Positions 1-10,949 of a stretch of 64,000 nt of DNA are shown here, piece by piece (within the stretch, counting starts at the first letter, position 1; each line of letters begins with the position of its first letter). Where the stretch lies: NCBI GenBank assembly GCA_002269645.1, contig NIVC01001779.1, positions 85,607 through 149,606 of the forward strand. The letters run 5' to 3'. The notes under the pieces are model-generated. The model saw nothing but the letters and a program-made list of their open reading frames with translations. It was not told where the DNA came from and did not search any database. A program made the position numbers and the translations under genes. The DNA comes from Macrostomum lignano (taxonomy: Eukaryota).

Positions 1-74
1 GAAAATGCTCTAAGCTGTCTACTTATTAATCGACCACATAAGTAGTAAGTATAGTCAAGCGAAGAACCAACAGC

Positions 75-380
75 TCAACGGGTTTTATCGCCTCTATGAC
101 CGAACGGCGAGCTCCACACGCGCATCTCGCCCGGCTGATTTCGCTCAGCATCGTAGCCGCGTCGATTCTCGCGCTGTACGGCCGCGTACTCGTTGCTAGG
201 CAACACGGCGTAGATAAGGGCGCACACGCCAGCTACAGTTGCTAGGCAGCCGGCCAGCATGACCGGATTGATTCGGCCAGCGCTGCTCGGAGCTGCCCCG
301 GAAATGTTGCGCAAATTCGGTCGCTCGCGCGATGAAGCCGCATCGCGATCGGCTTGCAACAGGAAGTTCAACAGGCGCAT
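75..380 (-). CDS. SMIM20: Small integral membrane protein 20 (MITRAC7) / phoenixin precursor homolog; start codon uncertain
   Basis: A single hydrophobic segment (MLAGCLATVAGVCALIYAVLP) is followed by YAAVQRENRRGYDAERNQPGEMRVWSSPFG, matching the SMIM20 C-terminus (human ...[15 protein letters not shown]). First in-frame ATG at 380; stop at 75-77. Confidence 0.85.
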   Translation of the reverse strand: MRLLNFLLQADRDAASSRERPNLRNISGAAPSSAGRINPVMLAGCLATVAGVCALIYAVLPSNEYAAVQRENRRGYDAERNQPGEMRVWSSPFGHRGDKTR

Positions 381-565
381 CTCGGTTGGCAAGGATCGAG
401 AATATGATTTATTAATAATTGCCTTTAATCATGCAACCAAAATTGGAGACGACGGCAATTAATATCATTATTTATTTCTATTTTTTAATAACATATCAAC
501 TTAATTGGAAAAGGAAGATCTTTAAAATCTGAAGTTGCTCTGTTCTCAGCCACGTGACCCTCATT

Positions 566-1225
566 CATGGTCCTAAGCCCCATTACCTAATGGTCCTCAG
601 CCCCATGACCTACTGGTCCTAAGCCCCATGACCCACTGGTCCTCAGCCCCATGACCCACTGGTCCTCAGCCCCATGACCTACTGGTCCTCAGCCCCGTGA
701 TCCACTGGTCCTCAGCCCCATGACTCAATGGTCTTCAGCTCCATGACCCCATGGTCCTCAAGTATGACCCCATAGTTTTCAGCCCAATGACCCAATGGTC
801 CTCAGCCCCATAACCCAATGGATCTCAGTCCCATGATACAATGGCCCTGTCCCATGACCCAATAGTCCTCAGCCCCATGACCCAAAGTCCTCAGCCTCAT
901 AACCCAATGGTCCTCAGTCCCATGAAACAATGGCCCTGTCCCATGACCCAATAGTCCTCAGCCCCATGACCCAATAGTCCTCAGCCTCATAACCCAATGG
1001 TCCTCAGTCCCATGATACAATGGCCCAGTCCCATGACCCAATAGTCCTCAGCCCCATGACCCAATAGTCCTCAGCCTCATAACCCAATGGTCCTCAGTCC
1101 CATGACCCAATGGCCCTCAGTACCATGTCCCAATGGTTTTCAGCCCATGACCCTTAGCCCTATGACCCAACGGTCCTTAGCCTATTGATCTCATGATCTT
1201 CAGCCCCATGGCCCTCAGGCTCACG
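566..1225. repeat. Minisatellite, 23-bp unit GGTCCTCAGCCCCATGACCCACT, degenerate
   Basis: GGTCCT recurs at 615, 638 and 661 (period 23). Confidence 0.9.
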
Positions 1226-1915
1226 GAATCATAACCCAGTGATCGTAGGGCTGGGTTTTTGATTATTTGATCAGTAGAATCCAATAAAAAGCCCAGTCTT
1301 TCGATAAGCTTTGAGAATCAAATTCTTATCCAGGGACTACTCAAACATCGGGACGGAATACTAGGCTAGGCAAATCATGGCAATTCTGGTACGAGGTCTC
1401 AGATGTCGTTTCATAAATCATAGAAGGCACTAAATGACATTTAACTCAGCTAATGAAGTTAAGTGGAACGATTTTATCAGTATGTGTATTCGAAAAAAAT
1501 TCTGAGTACCAAATGCAACAGTCAAAAAAATTTTTTTCACCAATTTATAAGTTTTTTAAGATCTGCATTTTGTACTCGTATATTTATAGTTTTCATATAT
1601 CTTGTAACAATATCTATTGAAGATGTCAGCTTTAGACAGGCTAGTTTTAGTCATAATTAGAAAGGTATTAGCACTCTCGAAGTTTTAATTTAGATTCAGT
1701 TTTTTTTCTTAATATTCTGCCTGAAGAGTCGCTGATATGACTGTTCAGTAGTCTACACGATAAGCTTCACTCGTGGCCTAAACCAGCATTGACTCATCGA
1801 GACTATATATATATATACTGAAGATAAACAGAAAAAGAAAATATATATAGATTAAAAGCTCTGCAGTTCAAGCAGCCCAGCAGGTCAGACCAAGATTGCC
1901 AAGTTAAAGTGCAAG

Positions 1916-3016
1916 ATGTGGAACTCTGTCATAATTATTCTGTATCTGAGCTGCGTTGCAGCAGCGACGGCAGACACACAACAGTCGATGTTGATATCAG
2001 ACTCTGACATTTGCCAGCCGAAGCTGCCGCCCGACTCCATCAAGCCAAACAGCTCGGCACCTACTCTGCTGCTCCAGTGGCACACTTGGGCGTGGCTGGA
2101 GAACCTCACGGATCCTGACTGGGCACCAAGGACCGAGCAGAGTTATATAAGATACGATTTTGTACGGCCAGGAAGCGTCTTCAACTGGACCTTAAAGTTG
2201 GTAACGGTCGAAAATACTGTAAGTACTACAAGGAAAACTCAAGCAAGAACATACGCTGACTTGAGATAGATTGGAGATGTGAAAGTTCAGTTTAACAATT
2301 AATTGTTGAATGTCTCAATGTTCTTCGATACGGTCGACTCTCAATTATTGCAGAACGGTTTTCAAAAAGTGCCTAAACGGTACCTCAACAACAAAACATT
2401 GCAGACCGTGGTAGCGAGCCTCGTGACAGATGGCAATACCCTATGCATGTCGAGCCGCACTCTCTACATGAACATCAGCGCGAACGGAACCACAGAAAGC
2501 TCAATAGGCTGTACTAGTCTCTGCTTTACAAACATCTCTAGCATTGGGACAGCAATGGACTTGCCGCTTCTCGAGCTTAACAATGATACTAATCTGCAGA
2601 GATCGACCGAATACTTGGCAGTTGACAGCTTGGATCCCGAGGAGCAGGCTTCGTACAATTGTTTAGGTCTTCTTCTTAATTGGCCAATTACGGATGTGCC
2701 GGAGCTACGAAAACCGATAAACCACCTTTGCTCAAGGGGCAGCCTGTGCCTTATAGCCTTTAATGGTATAAGATTTCACGCAGGCTGCAATACTAACTTC
2801 AACTATGGCTACTGCAATAGCAACTGGACCGTGTGCGACTTTCAAAATAACCGTTACTGCCCAATCTGTTGCCGTGGCAACAAGTGCAACATGGACATAG
2901 CTGAGGAGCTGTACCTGATCTACGGAGGCGCAAATTATAGTCGTGCTTCATCAACGATTGTGCTAACGACGGCGCTCGGCTTGCTGTTAGGAACGGCCTT
3001 AAAAACAAATATCTGA
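1916..3016 (+). CDS. Secreted, probably GPI-anchored protein with a C-terminal Ly6/uPAR (three-finger)-like domain; join(1916..2218,2354..3016), 321 aa
   Basis: Signal peptide MWNSVIIILYLSCVAAATA. A phase-0 intron 2219-2353 (GTAAGT...TTGCAG) joins the two ORFs in frame. 10-Cys domain ending CCRGNKCN, hydrophobic tail TIVLTTALGLLLGTAL, many N-x-S/T sites, AATAAA at 3118 and 3156. Confidence 0.75.
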
Positions 3017-3218
3017 GGTTAACTCTAATTAACTGAACCAATTATCCTTAAATACTGATTGAATCTGATTGCTAATTATAACTAAGAAAAATTTTTACTC
3101 TGATATTAAGTAATTCAAATAAAGAATTAAATATCCAGAAAAACACAAATTATTCAATAAAATTTATACTTGAAATCTTCAATTAAATCACAAGCTACAG
3201 TAGACTCCAGCACAGTAT

Positions 3219-4635
3219 TTAGTCATTGTACCAGTCCAGAAACCACAGAGTCAGAGAAGTGACAATCAGATAGAAGAGCAGCCAGAATCTCAAACTGGCC
3301 TTATTCTGCATCGCCTTACGCAACTGTTCATTGCCGTAGCGAACATTCTCAACGCTGGACACTGTCTCCACGTGGATATGATCGATTTGACCTTCCTGTT
3401 CCAGCACTCGCTCGCCGAACTGCCTCTGCAAACTGGCAATCTGTGTTAGTTGACTTTCAACTTGTTTAACATCTCCGCTTAATGCTGTGAGCTCGTTTAG
3501 CATGGCTATGCTCTCTTGTTGAAGTTCGGCTTTCTCGTGTGGGCTGAGCGACTCTACTATCGGATCGTCGGGCTGCGGCGGCTGCACGGTTGTCGATGTC
3601 GTTTTTGATGCAGCAGAAGATTTCGACTGATTAGTAGGATTTCGTCGACGCTGCAGCACGGAGGCTGGCACGAATTCGGCTTGCAGACGGGCTCGGCGAC
3701 GGCGCCGGTGACAGGCGGCTCGATGGCTGGCAGCGATTGTCTGCCGAGAAGGGGTGAGAGGGAGGGCGAGGTAAAGGGTATTCGGCAAGCTTAGTGCTGT
3801 GCACTCACTGACAAGTAGCTGGTGAGAGTGGCTCCGCCATAGCTGGCACTGCCATCTACCCACTGATGCTGGCACTACCCACTGTAGCTGGCACTGCCCA
3901 CTGTAGCTGGCACTACCCACTGTAGCTGGCACTACCCACTGTAGCTGGAACTACCCACTGTAGCTGGCACTACCCACTGCAGCTGGAACTACCCACTGTA
4001 GCTGGCACTACCCACTGTAGCTGGCACTACCCACTGTAGCTGGAACTACCCACTGTAGCTGGCACTACCCACTGTAGCTGGCACTACCCACTGTAGCTGG
4101 CACTACCCACTGTAGCTGGCACTACCCACTGCAGCTGGAACTACCCAATACCCACTGCAGCTGGAACTACCCAATACCCACTGTAGCTGGCACTATCCCC
4201 TTGTAGCTTTAGACACCCAAGCAGACAAGCAACTCTGCAAGCGTTCACCTGTAAGCGTTCGCGTAAAATCTGCGTCACTTCGCGTCGATGCGCCAGAGCT
4301 TGCGGCCCAGCAACAGCAGCGGATGGTTCAGCTAGCTGAGCTGTCAATCTATTCAATCCCGCATCGCAAGCTGCCAACATTCGAGCAATCTCTTGCTCAA
4401 CTGCCGGAGTAGTTCTTGCCGACTCTGTAGAATCCGACTGAGCAGACTGGACAATATTGCGTGCCTGCACTATTAGCGAGTGCAATTGGCGGCCTTGAGT
4501 GGAAAAATTGCATTGCAAATCTTCTTTTGGCGTCTTCTGTTGCTGCTGCTGTTGTTGTTGCAGAGAATTCGACAGACCTTTGCGCAGTTCGAGCGCTTTA
4601 ACAGCGGCTCGAAATACCTTTGTAACGTCAGCCAT
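3219..4635 (-). CDS. STX18: Syntaxin-18; complement join(3219..3740,4249..4635), 302 aa
   Basis: N-terminus MADVTKVFRAAVK; SNARE helix; C-terminus LRFWLLFYLIVTSLTLWFLDWYND is typical of STX18. Phase-0 GT-AG intron 3741-4248. Confidence 0.93.
3838..4198. repeat. 20-bp minisatellite CACTGTAGCTGGCACTACCC in the STX18 intron
   Basis: Direct tandem copies. Confidence 0.93.
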
Positions 4636-5041
4636 GAGAGAGAAAAAACATTTTGAAGACAGCAAGTCATACGAACGCCCCGTGAGAATTATGGGTGAGA
4701 ATTTATTGCGAGAGTGAGAACGAAAGTTTCACTTGTGTTAATTATAATAATTTAACTATAGGACTTCTAATTTGGTCAGCGAGAAATTTAAGTTCAGTTG
4801 CATCTAAGAAGAAACGTTGTTGCTCTCTAAGAATTACATGTACCGACCATTCGGTATTCTATGGCCAAAACATCCCAGCCCATATAAACCTATAAACCTT
4901 ATAGTGTGTGCCCGCACTAAGCATACATTGGTTGACTTAGGCTAGTTTTTTTCTCACCCTGTTTAAGTCAATGATTCAACTTAGCGGCGGCCTGCAGCAT
5001 GTTTTATAAAATGTATGAGATGAAGCACAGGGCTCTGTTTA

Positions 5042-5192
5042 TTTATCCGGATAGATAGGTAAATAGATGTATAGATAGATAGACAGATAGGTAGGTAGGT
5101 AGATGGATAGATAGATAGGCAGATAGGTAGGTAGGTAGATGGATAGATAGATAGATAGACAGGTAGGTAGATGGATAGATAGACAGACAGAC

Positions 5193-5255
<63 letters not shown>

Positions 5256-5328
5256 CAGATAGGTAGGTAGGTAGATGGATAGATAGATAGATAGACAGGT
5301 AGGTAGATGGATAGATAGACAGACAGAC

Positions 5329-5379
<51 letters not shown>

Positions 5380-5508
5380 CAGATAGATAGATAGATAGAC
5401 AGGTAGGTAGGTAGATGGATAGATAGATAAATAGATAGACAGATAGGTAGGTAGATGGATAGATAGACAGACAGATAGATAGATAGACAGATAGATAGAC
5501 AGACAGAC

Positions 5509-5555
<47 letters not shown>

Positions 5556-5605
5556 CAGGTAGGTAGGTAGGTAGATGGATAGATAGGCAGACAGATAGAT
5601 AGATT
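5042..5605. repeat. (GATA)n compound microsatellite with GGTA/GACA variants
   Basis: Direct inspection; source of the spurious SIYL ORF. Confidence 0.97.
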
Positions 5606-6083
5606 CAGCTCATGGGACACTAAGAGTGCCCGGAAAAGCATGTCTAGCTTGTAATCTCCTACGTGTGAACCAGCCTGACTTAAACAAAGCAGTTAGAAAA
5701 CGGTACAACATATATTGAATCAACAATCAGATAAAGCCAATCAATGCAAATGTATTTAATTCAGATATTTTAATAAAGTAAAGGAACGATGACAGTTTAA
5801 ATAGAGAATATATATTTGTTAGAAGTTGATGAAAACTTGAACGATCGAGCTTGAAGAAAGTCAACAAATTATTAATTGATATATTTTACTAACAAAAATA
5901 ATTACATTATAAAGAATATTACCAAGTAAGCACTAATGATGAAAACAAAACTTGTATTCTAGTAAATATAAAATAGACATCAGCTTCTGTTTTCTAATTT
6001 TATTATGTGATCAAAATTGGCAAGGTGAAATCGGGATGCATGAGGGACTATTAAAATGGGATGCTAAGAAGATACCGATTGAT

Positions 6084-6922
6084 AATATTCTAGATTCCTA
6101 TTCGGGGGTATTCTAGATTTATATTTAGGGGTATTTTAGATTCCTTTTTTGGGGCATTCTAGATTCCTACTTGGGGGTATTCTAGATTCCTATTTGGGGG
6201 TATTTTAGATTCCCTTTTTGGGGTATTCTAGATTCCAATTTGGTGGTATTCTAGATTCCTATTTGGTGGTATTCTAGATTCATATTTGGTGGTATTCTAG
6301 ATTCCTATTTGGTGGTATTCTAGATTCCTATTTGGTGGTATTCTAGATTCGCATTTGGGAGCATTCTAGATTCCTACTTGGGGGTATTCTAGATTCCTAT
6401 TTGGGGGTATTTTAGATTCCTTTTTTGGGGTATTCTAGATTCCAATTTGGTGGTATTCTAGATTCCTATTTGGTGGTATTCTAGATTCCTATTTGGTGGT
6501 ATTCTAGATTCCTATTTGGTGGTATTCTAGATTCCTATTTGGTGGTATTCTAGATTCCTATTTGGTGGTATTCTAGATTCGCATTTGGGGGCATTCTAGA
6601 TTCCTACTTGGGGGTATTCTAGATTCCTATTTGGGGGTATTCTAGATTCCTACTTGCGGGTATTCTAGATTCCAATTTGGTGGTATTCTAGATTCCTATT
6701 TGGGGGCATTCTAGATTCCTATTTGGGGGTATTCTAGATTCCTATTTGGGGGCATTCTAGATTCCAATTTAGTGGTATTCTAGATTCGCATTTGGGGTCA
6801 TTCTAGATTCCTACTTGCGGGTATTCTAGATTCCAATTTGGTGGTATTCTAGATTCCTATTTGGGGGCATTCTAGATTCCTATTTGGGGGTATTCTAGAT
6901 TCCAATTTGGGGTATCCTAGAA
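6084..6922. repeat. 23-bp minisatellite GTATTCTAGATTCCTATTTGGTG
   Basis: GTATTC at 6246 and 6269 (period 23); palindromic TCTAGA core. Confidence 0.93.
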
Positions 6923-7170
6923 TCCAAAATCATTTATCAATGTTTAACCAGTCAAACAAAGACAGGTGTATGGTACTTAGCAACAAGCATTTTAGGTGTA
7001 CAATGCAAATCAATTAGAATCAATTGAAACAAATTCTAACCATAATAAATAGAATTTACTTCGCAAAAAGTTGTTCAGCTTTCTTCAGAGAAGCAACAAT
7101 AGGATAAAAAATACATTTATTTTTAGTCCTAAATAGCAAGGACAATCAAAGCACACACAACCCACCAGAC

Positions 7171-10100
7171 TCAAAAGAGCATATCCAACAATTTGATAGT
7201 AACCTCGTAACCAAGGAAACAGGCAGCGTTGGCCGGGAAGGCGCGCAGCAATACAGGTGTGGCGCCCTTGTACAGAGCGGCCGGACCCTCAGTGGCCATA
7301 AGTTCGGTAAACACCGATCGAATGCCATTGGGGTAGCGGCCCTCCGGAGCTGTCTGCAGCCGCGATTTCAACACATCCTGCGGCAGAGCCACCAGCCAGT
7401 TGAATATACCAGCCATACCGCCGGCAAATAGCACCCTAGCTGGTGACAGTTCACTCTTGGAGTGACCGGCAGGGGTTAGCAACTCTTTCACCCATTCGTA
7501 GCTCATAAAGTACATCCCGCTGGCTGGAACGTCACGCAGCAGAGTGGCGGCGGTGCCCTACGGTGCGTGAAAAGTAATAAATTAAATAAAAAACATAAAC
7601 ACACTACTTGCCTACTAATAAGTAATAAAAATAGGATATTTAAAGTATAATACGATAAAATTCACATGGCGATGACATATTCTATTTTTATCATCTTTCA
7701 TCTATATAGATTTTTACCCATTAAACGAACTGATAGCATTTTTAAAAACACACACTACTTGCCTACTTATTAGTAATAGACATAGGATATCCGTTTTTTT
7801 ATTTTAAAACTCCATATGGCGATGACGTCATTTTTTAGAATCTAGACGCATTAATTCTATTAGGCTACTGAAAGAAATATAAAAAACTAAACTTTAGCAC
7901 AATATTAAGCACTTGAATAATTATAAAAATTTGAACCAAACTGACTAGTGGAAATCTTAATAGGGGGATCCCTTCGTAGAGTCTCGACCCTGTGGGCTCC
8001 TATCTGATAGATTAATAAAAGGTAGATTGATAATCCGACTTTTTACGGCGACTAATAAGGCTCTTAGAGAAGCAAAGCAAGAGTCTAAAAATTACGAGGG
8101 GTGATCAAAAAGTTCTGCAACCTCTTGTTATAGTGCCACAGTGACTGCCAGGTACTGCACAGACACTGCTCTGCCAGGCGTGCTGCAGGAGCGGCAGGAA
8201 CGTGCGCGAACCAGACATGGACCTCGACTCCTGCTGCACCATGACAATGCGGCACCGCACAGAGCGGCTTCAACCATGGCATACCTGGAGCAGCAGGGGG
8301 TCCAGCTGCTGCCCCATCCACCTTACACTCCAGACCTAGCACACTGTGACTTTTGGCTGTTCCCGAGGATCAAATCCGTCATTTTGATCCTCAGGCCATT
8401 TTCACGCATACAATACCTTGCCCAAGCGGTACATTCAGCTCTACAGGGTATACCAACTTCGGAGTACCATGACTGCTTTCAGACATGGTACACACGCATG
8501 CGACAGTGTATAGATGGTGGTGGAAAGTACTTTGAGGGAATGTGACACTGACTAGACGCCTCGGTTGCTGTAACACTGAGTTGTGAGGTCACTTGCAGAA
8601 CTTTTTGATCACCCCTCGTAGACTACTGCAATCAGAAAATAAAAAATTCCAAAGCGTATGACACCAGCAAGCAGTGAATTCCTTTACTGGAATATTTTTA
8701 CACCTGTCACACTTGTCTAACGAATAAGCAACAGTGGACTTTATACACTGCAACACATATAGTCTCGACTTGGAAGCAGATCTTTATCTATTAGCTGTGT
8801 GTTATAAAGCTCAAGTCTTGAAGCAATCGCGGGTCATGGTGCTACAGAATTAGCTAACAGAACATTTTAACTACTCTTAGCGCCACAGTAAAAAATTCCA
8901 AAATTTTCCACATTAAATTAACGGTTACTTTACTTTAGTGCATTATGCAAATTTAATAAGAATATAGATTATTTTAACCTTAGTTGTATAGGGACTACAG
9001 CTACAACTACTTAGCGAAAAAATAGTCTTAACAAATATATTTTTAAATAATATGTAATAATAGTTGATTAAACCTGCCTTAATGGGCAGGTGTGCAACCG
9101 ACAGCTCAGCCGCAGCTATTGCGCGGCGCATCTGAAGGCTGCGTACGGCTGTTCAGTCCAAGGACTGGGAGGTCGCCACACACACCCTCAATTACCCCAG
9201 CTAATGCTGGCACCCATTTTACAGCTGGGTGAACTGAAGCAATGCAGAGTTATGTGTCTTGCAAGTCGTGAGTCCGATGCTCTAAACACTAGGCTACAAC
9301 CCCATCTATTGCTGAGAGTTCAAGGCTTAGCTTAATGGGGAGTTTTTGGTAGGTCAAGCATCAAGAGAGTTAGGGTTAGACAATAGCTCAACGGGTATGC
9401 TAATGGAGATAGGGCTGATGCATTTTTGCTTTAAACATTATTTACTAAAGAAAACAACAATAGTGACTGTGCAAAGTCAAAAGCTACATCCACTATACTA
9501 ATAACAGGATCATGCTTAAGAACGGGGCTTTTAGCCTAGTGATTAGAGCATAAGCCTCACGACTGAAAGGTCGGGGGTTCGATTCTCGACCAACTCACTC
9601 AGCTGTAAAATGGGTACCCAGCACTAGCTGGAGTAATTTAGGGTGTGTGTGGCGACCCTCCAGTCCTTGGACCAGACCGCCGTACGCAGTCTTCAGTTGC
9701 GTATATCAATAGCTGCCCATTGGCGCAGGTGTAATCAATTACTACATTATTAAGTAAGTAAATTAACTTGCGTACCTTGTAGATACTGCGAATACCGCCT
9801 TCCTTGTACAATTGTTTAGCGCAGTCAATCGGTCCTTTGTACTTCTGCGGCCCGTGACTATCGGCTTGGATCTGCAGCAGGCATTTGATTCGTTCGCCAG
9901 GCACCATAATGCTTGTAGTGAACACGCCCGATAGACCTCCAGCTAGGAATAGTTGCACTTTAGTTAGCGGCACATTTGGATCTTTAATCTGCAAACGTTT
10001 GCCTAGATCGTTGCCAAAAAAGCAGACAGCAAACATAGGCGTCACACCGGCTAAGGGAGCCAGCATGCCTTTGTAGAGGCCGCGGAATCCTTCCTTGGCA

Positions 10101-10949
10101 ATGGTCTTTTTGGCGCAGTCCAGCGTGCCAAGGTAGCGAGGCTGCTCGCCCGGACCCGGCTTCGGCTGAGTCTGTAGCCTCACCTGGATGAGTGCAATGT
10201 GAACTTATATTAATTCTGCACACCTTTATTCATGTAACCTTTAACTTGCGCTGAGCCTTGGCATCTGAGCAATTCCCCATGAGCCTTGGCATCTGAGCAA
10301 TTCCCATATGAGCCTTGGCATCTGAGCAATTCCCCCATGAGCCTTGGCAGCTGAGCAATTCCCCCATGAGCCTTGGCATCAGAGCAATTCCCCCATGAGC
10401 CTTGGCATCAGAGCAACTCCCCAATGAGTATTAGCATCTGAGCAATTCCCCAATGAGCCTTGGCATCTGAGCAACTTCCCAATGAGCCTTGGCATCTGAG
10501 CAACTTCCCAATGAGCCTTGGCATCTGAGCAACTTCCCAATGAGCATTAGCATCTGAGCAATTCCCCAATGAGCCTTGGCATCTCAGCTCAGAAATTCCC
10601 CGATGAGCCTTGGCATCTGAGAAATTCCCCGATGAGCCTTGGCATCTGAGAAATTCCCCGATGAGCCTTGGCATCTGAGCAATATTTCAGCGAAGTTTAG
10701 ATGAACAAACAAAAGCAAAGAAACATTAAAATGACAACTCTGAAAATAAAGTCCTAGTGAAAAGAACCTAATGTCCTTTGTGAGCATAAATATTTCACAT
10801 TTCCTTACCTTTATCGTGTCCAAAGGATGGCCGGTAGCAACGCAGCACATTCCACCAGCTCCGCCAGCAAAGAAGCTTTTAATGCCACTGACTTTTTCGC
10901 CTTTCTTCACTTCAGCATTGCTGTCAGATTCATTTGTATTCGATGACAT
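7171..10949 (-). CDS. SLC25A20: Mitochondrial carnitine/acylcarnitine carrier (CACT; colt/dif-1 family); complement join(7171..7557,9776..10183,10809..10949), 311 aa
   Basis: Three carrier repeats with Px[DE]xx[KR] motifs ([36 protein letters not shown]) and [14 protein letters not shown], characteristic of CACT. Both introns are phase-0 GT-AG. Confidence 0.95.
8095..8618 (+). mobile_element. Mariner internal-deletion derivative (524 bp) in SLC25A20 intron 2
   Basis: Perfect 26-bp TIRs CGAGGGGTGATCAAAAAGTTCTGCAA (8095-8120; 8593-8618) with TA on both flanks. ORF 8141-8545 encodes only the C-terminal transposase: HDNAAPH...YTPDLAHCD with D34D spacing. Confidence 0.95.
9060..9303 (-). mobile_element. 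tRNA-headed CORE-type SINE, copy with B-box region deleted
   Basis: Reverse complement is colinear with the 36903 copy: GGGGTTGTAGCCTAGTG head, ...TTCAGTTCACCCAGCTGTAAAATGGG..., and the shared 3' body. Confidence 0.85.
9524..9745 (+). mobile_element. tRNA-headed CORE-type SINE, copy with most of the CORE deleted
   Basis: A-box TAGCCTAGTGATTAG and B-box GGTTCGATTC, then a jump to CAGCTGTAAAATGGG and a 3' body shared with the 36903 copy. Confidence 0.85.
10252..10681. repeat. 28-29-bp minisatellite GAGCCTTGGCATCTGAGCAATTCCCCAT in SLC25A20 intron 1
   Basis: Direct tandem copies; related to the array at 55790. Confidence 0.93.
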
